Source: an uncultured Desulfosarcina sp.
GTDB lineage: Bacteria; Desulfobacterota; Desulfobacteria; Desulfobacterales; Desulfosarcinaceae
Assembly: GCA_963674945.2 (NCBI GenBank)
Contig: CAXXWQ010000004.1
Coordinates: forward strand, 2,336,001-2,400,000
Reading direction: 5' to 3'
DNA length: 64,000 bases
Part shown: positions 57,903 to 64,000 of the stretch, one piece after another
How the letters are laid out: every line of letters starts with the position of its first letter
How positions within the stretch are numbered: the stretch's first letter is position 1
Program-made: the position numbers and the translations under genes
Notes under the pieces: generated by a model
Database searches by the model: none
Told to the model about the DNA's origin: nothing
The model's input: only the letters and a program-made list of their open reading frames with translations

Positions 57903-59180
57903 CTAATCGCCTTGGACATGTTCAGCTTTTTTTACACATTCAACATGCGTGAATTCTGCATTCGATAGTTGGTAATTCGTAGTATCTTTAGACCATCCCA
58001 ATAAAACATCACTTTTCTTACAGCCTTCAATTTGATTGTTACATATCGGACATTCTTCAAGATAAGGTGGGCAACTCACGTCTTCACTGGAAGTGTATAA
58101 ATCCCATAATATGTCATGGAATTTTTTTATAGTTTCTTGTTCAGGAAGCTTGTTTACGTATGTTCCTTTCAATATGTCCTTTAAAAAATCTCTTCTCCAG
58201 ATTCTACTTTTTATCGTATTGCCTTGGGAAACACATTTGATCGCGTACTCTGATAACAGCTCAATATCCGATTCTGGTTCTATATTAACATTTAGTAATT
58301 TAAGATCCTCTCTTAAATCGTCAGTATTTTTGCCTTCCAAAGCATTGCCTTCGATCTGAAGCTCATTAATAGCTGAGAATAAGCTATAAAAATCGGCCTT
58401 TTGCCTGAATCTGGTTTTAGAAATAGTGTAGGAATCTTCAGGAAAAATTTTCTGAAGGTCATCAATAATTTTCTCGAATCTATCTCGTATTAAAGTAACA
58501 TCTTTTTTGGGCCAAGTTGAATAATCTTGGTAGAATTGATCCAGTGTCGTCTTTTTATCTTGAATTCCATCAATCAAAATGGCAAGCAATTCAGATATAT
58601 ATTCGACGTCACCCATTCTTCTGCGATTGGCAATTGTAAATATTTTTGAATCTTCAAAAAAACTATGTTGTGATAATTCTTCGGATAACTTCAAGAATTG
58701 ACCTGGAAAGTCTGCCCGACGGAGTTCCTGTTTATTAAGTGCAATATTATATTTGTTGACTCTTGAATAAATTTCTCGAACGATTTCATCAGAAGCATTT
58801 CTTATTTCGTTGACATCAATTTTATATGAAAGGAAATCTTGCCTAACATTTTCTGGAAGATCTGTGAAATGCATATCCGAATATTCACCATTGTATGGAT
58901 TAGATAATTTAAACTCGTCCCTTAAGAATGAAAGAATGGCCCTGATTCTTTGCTGGCCATCGATTACAATTCTGTATGTATCATTATCTCTAATAACGGC
59001 CTCAAAGAACATTTTTGGCATAGGTATATTTTTGAGGATCGTATCCATCAACATAATCATTGCTGCTTTTGTCCATACCGTTTGCCTTTGAAAATCAGGT
59101 CTAACTTCCAACCTTTTATTCATGTTCCAATCACGCATATCGGATATTGGATGAGAACTTGTGATCCACTTCCAAGTCAT
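57903..59180 (-). CDS. DUF262 (ParB/Srx-fold, GmrS-like) domain protein
   Basis: PDFQRQTVW, VIDGQQR, IYSRVN...LNKQELR. C-terminal CPIC...HVEC. No HNH/DUF1524 domain seen. Confidence 0.9.
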   Translation of the reverse strand: MTWKWITSSHPISDMRDWNMNKRLEVRPDFQRQTVWTKAAMIMLMDTILKNIPMPKMFFEAVIRDNDTYRIVIDGQQRIRAILSFLRDEFKLSNPYNGEYSDMHFTDLPENVRQDFLSYKIDVNEIRNASDEIVREIYSRVNKYNIALNKQELRRADFPGQFLKLSEELSQHSFFEDSKIFTIANRRRMGDVEYISELLAILIDGIQDKKTTLDQFYQDYSTWPKKDVTLIRDRFEKIIDDLQKIFPEDSYTISKTRFRQKADFYSLFSAINELQIEGNALEGKNTDDLREDLKLLNVNIEPESDIELLSEYAIKCVSQGNTIKSRIWRRDFLKDILKGTYVNKLPEQETIKKFHDILWDLYTSSEDVSCPPYLEECPICNNQIEGCKKSDVLLGWSKDTTNYQLSNAEFTHVECVKKAEHVQGD

Positions 59181-59206
59181 GTGTTTCCACCTTTAAGTTG
59201 AAAAAC

Positions 59207-59659
59207 CTATCCTTTTCTGATTAGAGCATCCAACTCGTCAGATATATTCCAAATGGGCTCGGCATCACCGGTTTTTAGCATTTCTATAACCTTTGGAAGA
59301 CCAGCTACTGCAAGTCCATTTGCTAAAGCCATCACCTGCCTTGGTTGAGATACGATTTGAACGTCATTAGTTTTTTTGATAGCGATTAGCATAAGTGCAT
59401 GTATCCGCAAAGGATCATTTCCAAATATTGAGCCTTCAATTATTTTATACGTATCGCTCTTTTCGAGATCAGCTGGTTCCATATCTAATCTGACAGCTAT
59501 GCATAGTGATAAGAACCACAAATCTACCATTCGTGGGAATGGACTATCATCAACATTTGAGCCCCCCTTAGTTCTGCAATACCTCGCGAAAGTATCCCTG
59601 TATTCTTCAGGTACGCTGAGGTCCATACCTTGGAATGGGTTATAGTAGCGTTCAGCCAT
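59207..59659 (-). CDS. Small protein in the PbeD/DndE-like position
   Basis: 150 aa, GGAGGA RBS, directly after the SMC-like ATPase. Helical, with ALANGLAVAGL near the C-terminus. The family call is positional. Confidence 0.65.
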   Translation of the reverse strand: MAERYYNPFQGMDLSVPEEYRDTFARYCRTKGGSNVDDSPFPRMVDLWFLSLCIAVRLDMEPADLEKSDTYKIIEGSIFGNDPLRIHALMLIAIKKTNDVQIVSQPRQVMALANGLAVAGLPKVIEMLKTGDAEPIWNISDELDALIRKG

Positions 59660-59668
59660 TATATCCTC

Positions 59669-61813
59669 CTAAATGGATTCTTCCATCTCGATTTCTGCAT
59701 CGAATCTACGTGCACATAGCTGACAGTCTTCTCTGTGCGTACAGTTACAAGCAAGAATTGTTTGTTCTGTAAAATGAGGATCATTAACCAACATCTTAGG
59801 ATAATGGCAGGGATTTGTGAGTGTGACGACAACACCAGCAGCATCGTCAAGGATCTCCTCACATCCTGCGATTTCGTCATGAGTTAAAAATAAAATAAGT
59901 TGGGAACTTTTTTCGATTGCAGTTCTTAGAACTGATCTTTTTACATAACCACTCATCATACCTAGCGGTGTATCAATCACATTTGGCGCTTCCACTTCAC
60001 TAACTAATGTGAGCGATAAAATGAAGGCTAATGTGAGAGCTCTTCTAGATGCACCGTTAAGGTCACGATCAGGGTCAAGTGTTCTATCCTGCGGTCCATA
60101 GACTTTAATATCAAAATCTCGGTTGATCTCAGCACGTCTTATTATTGCAAATTGCTCTGGATCAGCACCAATCATCTCTAAGAATATTTCATTCATCTTT
60201 TCGCTAACACGTATGAGCTCTTCATTTGTAATCTTATCATAAGAACTTTTGAGTACATTTATAATATCTTGAGTTACTATGAGTTCTGAAAGGACTCTGG
60301 TACCTTTATCTTGAATTCTTAAAAGCCGGTCTCGCTCCCTAACCAAATAAGCTCGGTCTCTATTGAGGCTCTCCAACTGTGTTTCTAAAGTTGATTTCTT
60401 TTGTAAAAATCGGTCTCTTTGTTCTTTGTATCTTTTTTTAGTGTCACGTAACCCTTGGATATCTGCATCAGGTAATCTATCAATTTCAAGTTCAATTGAT
60501 CTTTTCTTTGCACCTGCCTGGTCGCGTAGAATTGTAAGACCATCTCGATTTTCTACAACCCTTTTATACTCATTTAACCACCGCGATTCTGTTGGTTCAG
60601 GGGATTTTTGTAGAGCTTTCGATCCAAAATAAAGATCAGTAATAATTACCTGTATTTCATCAGCTTGCTTACTATCATCAATAAGTTTTTGTATATTGAG
60701 TCTCCGGCGATTACCATCAGGATCGTTCTCATCTATACTCTCACCACAAATGCAATTTTCTTGTTTAAGCCTTTCCTCTAATACTGGTATTGTCGTATTA
60801 GGAATCTTCCCCTGGTCACGAAGATCTGTAAGTTTCTGAAACGCGTCATCTAAAACAGGCGATAGCAAATCAATGGCCAAAGAGTCACTTCGAAATAATT
60901 CAGTGTGGTCCTTTTCCGCAGACTCTATTCGTTTATTAAGCTGTTTTATTTCACGATTAATAGTCTCAAGACTTCTTTTAAGCTTTTCTTCATCACCTTT
61001 TTGCAAGGCTTCGGCTATTTTTCGATCGATTGAATTGAATTTTTCATCGAATGCAGCAAACTGCTCCTTGGCATCTTCGTAGTCGGCCTCTTTGTCTTCG
61101 ATCTCATCCTCGATGCCCTGTAATTGAGTAGCAACGGTGATCAGATCTCCTGAAGTTTGGAGTTTTTTTGCTTTTTTATTTGCCTCAGAGGTAGATTTAT
61201 TAACATGACGTATAGCGTCCTCAATAATACTTAAACCAAGTAATGATCGAATTGCGTTTTGTACTCTTTGGCGTTTTGTAGAGGCCGCGACATCCGCTTC
61301 GATGAAACTAAGAGCTCGATCGCCATCTGTGAAAAATACCTCTCTAAGATCAGGAGGCAGCTCCTCGTTTACGTGAACCTCAGGTGACTCAACTGGCTCA
61401 GCCCCCCTGTCTGTCAATAGGAACAATTTGACTGCTGAAGGCTGCCTACTCCATTTTGCCCCACTAATCTCTTCAAATGCTGATCTGACGATTCGATATT
61501 GGTGGCGACTTTCTATAATACCTCTATTACTTCTTCTCAATTTTGAGATTTCAAAGTCCACGGTTACAGTCACTGGAACTCTTTGGCCATTTTCAGCACT
61601 CCAATCAATGGGATGAAGTCTGTAATTGCTTCCCTTTCCTGGAAGGGCTTGGTCGCCATAAAGAGCCCATTGCAATGCTGTCAGAATGGTCGTTTTTCCA
61701 GTTTCATTCGCAGCTCTGATTACCGTTAGATTTCGTTCGGAGTCTGTAGAGAATGTCAGTTCGATGTTTCTTAATAATCTGAAATTCTCAAATTCAGCTC
61801 GAAGAATTTTCAT
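59669..61813 (-). CDS. SMC/Rad50/DndD-like ABC ATPase with CxC hook (PbeC-like)
   Basis: ENFR, Walker A AANETGKTT, FFTDGD, long coiled coil with central CICG, signature variant LNGASRR, Walker B VIDTPLG, extra C-terminal CNC...CQLC. Confidence 0.88.
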   Translation of the reverse strand: MKILRAEFENFRLLRNIELTFSTDSERNLTVIRAANETGKTTILTALQWALYGDQALPGKGSNYRLHPIDWSAENGQRVPVTVTVDFEISKLRRSNRGIIESRHQYRIVRSAFEEISGAKWSRQPSAVKLFLLTDRGAEPVESPEVHVNEELPPDLREVFFTDGDRALSFIEADVAASTKRQRVQNAIRSLLGLSIIEDAIRHVNKSTSEANKKAKKLQTSGDLITVATQLQGIEDEIEDKEADYEDAKEQFAAFDEKFNSIDRKIAEALQKGDEEKLKRSLETINREIKQLNKRIESAEKDHTELFRSDSLAIDLLSPVLDDAFQKLTDLRDQGKIPNTTIPVLEERLKQENCICGESIDENDPDGNRRRLNIQKLIDDSKQADEIQVIITDLYFGSKALQKSPEPTESRWLNEYKRVVENRDGLTILRDQAGAKKRSIELEIDRLPDADIQGLRDTKKRYKEQRDRFLQKKSTLETQLESLNRDRAYLVRERDRLLRIQDKGTRVLSELIVTQDIINVLKSSYDKITNEELIRVSEKMNEIFLEMIGADPEQFAIIRRAEINRDFDIKVYGPQDRTLDPDRDLNGASRRALTLAFILSLTLVSEVEAPNVIDTPLGMMSGYVKRSVLRTAIEKSSQLILFLTHDEIAGCEEILDDAAGVVVTLTNPCHYPKMLVNDPHFTEQTILACNCTHREDCQLCARRFDAEIEMEESI

Positions 61814-61869
61814 AATATTAATACTCCCCACTCCGACTGGTCTTTAAGGAATACAGAAAATAATATAGA

Positions 61870-62094
61870 CTATTCTTTGACAGCAGTGTTTTTGGCTAAG
61901 AATTGACCGGTTGCATCACATTTATCATTTATTTTTTGCTGTATGTTTATAGAGCGTATTCGGTGTTGTCGTTCAAGTTCTAAGATGTCGGCAATAGTAT
62001 TGAAAATTTCACCCCTATATCCACTGCACCGCTTCTCTATGCTCTTGCACTGATCGGATATTATCGTGACAATCTTTTTATTAAGCAATGGCAT
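61870..62094 (-). CDS. Small helical protein (74 aa) in the PbeB-like position
   Basis: GGAGG RBS before ATG 62094. Lies between the helicase and the ATPase. Confidence 0.65.
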   Translation of the reverse strand: MPLLNKKIVTIISDQCKSIEKRCSGYRGEIFNTIADILELERQHRIRSINIQQKINDKCDATGQFLAKNTAVKE

Positions 62095-62113
62095 TGAGTT
62101 ATACCCTCCCAAA

Positions 62114-64000
62114 TCATAAATATGCTGAATTCACCAGCTCATCGATTATTTTCAGCGGTCCATCAGGTCTACCCGCATTTCTTGCAAGACTTGCAAATTC
62201 ATGAATGCGCGATAATTCTGACCGAATAAGTGCGCGCGTATCAGAGTCCATTCCTTGATTTATATTCGGTGGTAATGCGATGAAATCATGTATGATGCTA
62301 TGATTCTTGTCGATTGCGCTACAAGTCCTGAGCAAACGCCCCCGGCGTTGAACCCATTGTCGTTCAACTGTCGTGCTCGCTAAGATGAATGCCTGACATA
62401 TCTGAGGTATATTTACACCTTCATCAAGAACCCTTTTTGCTGTCAAAATCTGTATTTCGCCATGCTGGAATGATTGAATGATTTGTTGTGTTTTTTGACG
62501 ATCCTTCGTCTCGTCTGCAGTCAATTGGTGAAAAAGCACACCCCTATCTTTTAGCAAACCATTTATATATTCTAATTGTTCTGGTCCCTTATCAGATCCA
62601 TAAATTAACGTGTACTTAACATTTTTCAGATTTAGTCCATCAAGCAATGATGCCAAAATATCAATTTTACTGTCAATTGTTTCAAGCAATTCCCGCCTAT
62701 CTCGAAAAAGCTTCGCAAGATAATCATCCGGTTTCCCGTCTTCCTGTCTCCACGCACTTTTTTTTATTTTTTCAGTAAGATCGTACCAATGGTCCATTTC
62801 CGTATTTGATAAATAACAGCGATGAAGATGGTAATCATACTCAACAAGACATTTCCCAATTGCTTCTTTTAAGGTGAATTGGTAGACGACTGGACCAAAA
62901 AAATCGAAGATGGCTTTTGTTCCTTCTTCATCATATTGTCTGACTGGTGTTGCAGATAATCCTAATCGAAATTCATAATAATCAGGTGTATTTTCGATAA
63001 AACCTTGCCTTCCAAGGTTATGAGCCTCATCAGCGATCAATAGGCGCGGGCAATCAAACAAAGAGATTGCATTAAAGAAATCTTCTGAACACAATGTGTT
63101 ATGCGTGACAACGATTGCTTCTACGTCAGAAATACCCGTTCTCAAACGCCTTTTTACCTGATTTATGGATTTCAAGCGTCCTGCAGAGTTAGCATCATCT
63201 GTCAGATTAGTGGTCTTCACATTGAATAGTTCTATTTCGCCAAACCATTGGTTGATAAGTGGAATGTATGGCGCTGCAACAACTATTAGAAGTGGCTTAT
63301 TTTCCTGGTAGGCCATATAGGCCGATATCATGGCTGTTATGGTCTTACCTGAACCAGTGGCCATCTCTAAAACACCGCGATAATCAGATGAACACCAAGC
63401 ATCAACAGCCTTTCCTTGATGTTCGAATGGACCGGACTGATAGTTTATCCAGCTTGGGATCTCAAATTTAAAATCAAACGAAAACTGTGGTTCTTTTTTC
63501 ATCCCATTATTTTTAATGGCTTTACTTGCCCGACTGAACAATGATTCATAATCGGATTCTGAAGGGGGATGTTCTGAGGGATATGAACATAGGATATTGT
63601 CTCTGACTGCGAGTGGGATTGGTATCACATAGCAATCGTCTTCATCTTCATCCCAAAGACGCTTGAATTTAAATTTTAATTTATCAATAATTTGTCCCTG
63701 TGTCGGATCGATCCAAGATTTAGATATGGTTATTTGCTCAAAATTATGTTTGATGCCTTTGAGGGTAATATTGCTTGAACCATGTGCGGCAATCACATCA
63801 ATACCATTTTCGAATATCCATACTTTTGGGTGAAACAAAGCTTGCTTCATTAACGCTATTTTTAGTTCAATGCGTCCAACGCGTATGAGATATGAGAGGC
63901 ATTTCAATGTATGTAGTTCTATCAGATCCTCAGTGATGATAAGCGGTTCTATAATCTTTTGAGCGATTTCTTCTGGAGAGCGAATACCATTTTCGATAGC
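62114..64000 (-). CDS. PLD-nuclease plus SF2 (ResIII/DEAH) helicase, PbeA-like; N-terminus beyond the window
   Basis: FHPKVWIF...GSSNIT (PLD-type), MATGSGKT, IADEAH, SATP, LDEGVNIP, QRRGRLLR. The frame stays open from 63908 to 64000. Confidence 0.9.
   Translation of the reverse strand, partial: AIENGIRSPEEIAQKIIEPLIITEDLIELHTLKCLSYLIRVGRIELKIALMKQALFHPKVWIFENGIDVIAAHGSSNITLKGIKHNFEQITISKSWIDPTQGQIIDKLKFKFKRLWDEDEDDCYVIPIPLAVRDNILCSYPSEHPPSESDYESLFSRASKAIKNNGMKKEPQFSFDFKFEIPSWINYQSGPFEHQGKAVDAWCSSDYRGVLEMATGSGKTITAMISAYMAYQENKPLLIVVAAPYIPLINQWFGEIELFNVKTTNLTDDANSAGRLKSINQVKRRLRTGISDVEAIVVTHNTLCSEDFFNAISLFDCPRLLIADEAHNLGRQGFIENTPDYYEFRLGLSATPVRQYDEEGTKAIFDFFGPVVYQFTLKEAIGKCLVEYDYHLHRCYLSNTEMDHWYDLTEKIKKSAWRQEDGKPDDYLAKLFRDRRELLETIDSKIDILASLLDGLNLKNVKYTLIYGSDKGPEQLEYINGLLKDRGVLFHQLTADETKDRQKTQQIIQSFQHGEIQILTAKRVLDEGVNIPQICQAFILASTTVERQWVQRRGRLLRTCSAIDKNHSIIHDFIALPPNINQGMDSDTRALIRSELSRIHEFASLARNAGRPDGPLKIIDELVNSAYL

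Larger units (their letters stand above)
39022..64000. mobile_element. Genomic island integrated at the ssrA 3' end (right boundary outside the window)
   Basis: Integrase ends 76 bp from the tmRNA CCA. Abrupt GC drop, accessory and defence genes, four IS elements. No second copy of the tmRNA 3' end was seen in the window. Confidence 0.9.

Noticed and set aside
59669..61813. Calling the ATPase dndD and linking it to the desulfurase at 10870 as a complete phosphorothioation system
   Set aside because: No dndB or dndC in the window, the desulfurase is about 48 kb away in core DNA, and the context fits a Pbe/Azaca-like module.
39022..64000. Prophage or classical ICE
   Set aside because: No structural, terminase, T4SS or HUH relaxase genes are visible within the window.
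1..64000. CRISPR array, tRNA, rRNA or known riboswitch
   Set aside because: No regularly spaced repeat-spacer array or recognisable motif seen by eye; the tRNA-like ends belong to tmRNA.

Overview
The window has two parts. Bases 1 to ~39020 are GC-rich core chromosome, probably from a Desulfobacterales-type deltaproteobacterium (inferred from gene content and the tmRNA tag). They carry gltB (5' part), ptsP, a large MscS channel, gabD, a cysteine desulfurase, ettA, a deaminase, YihY, LysE, HD and rdgB genes, GTP-PEPCK, ampG, a DUF6178-like gene, an OmpR/histidine kinase pair, dodecin, htpG, ppdK, a 1351-aa membrane protein, ald and ssrA (tmRNA). The intergenic DNA holds two families of short structured repeats, a candidate sigma-54 sRNA and an unannotated 54-aa (D/E)RR-repeat ORF. 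From the tmRNA 3' end to beyond the window edge is a lower-GC integrated island with four modules: (i) a tyrosine integrase plus an operon for an acidic protein, a Zn-finger protein and a HerA/FtsK-type ATPase fused to wHTH and nuclease-like domains; (ii) a divergent ECF-like sigma factor, soluble zinc anti-sigma and HExxH peptidase trio; (iii) two secreted LPP20-like proteins; (iv) a PbeABCD/Azaca-like defence cassette (PLD-SF2 helicase, small protein, CxC-hook SMC-like ATPase, small protein) extended by a DUF262 gene and a Ser/Thr kinase. Four IS elements (IS1380, two IS66, IS4), each with visible TIRs and target duplications, all sit inside island genes. Two of them hit the kinase catalytic loop a few codons apart, and one IS66 carries a DUF4338/Mom-like passenger gene. 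Family assignments come from motif recognition, not database searches.
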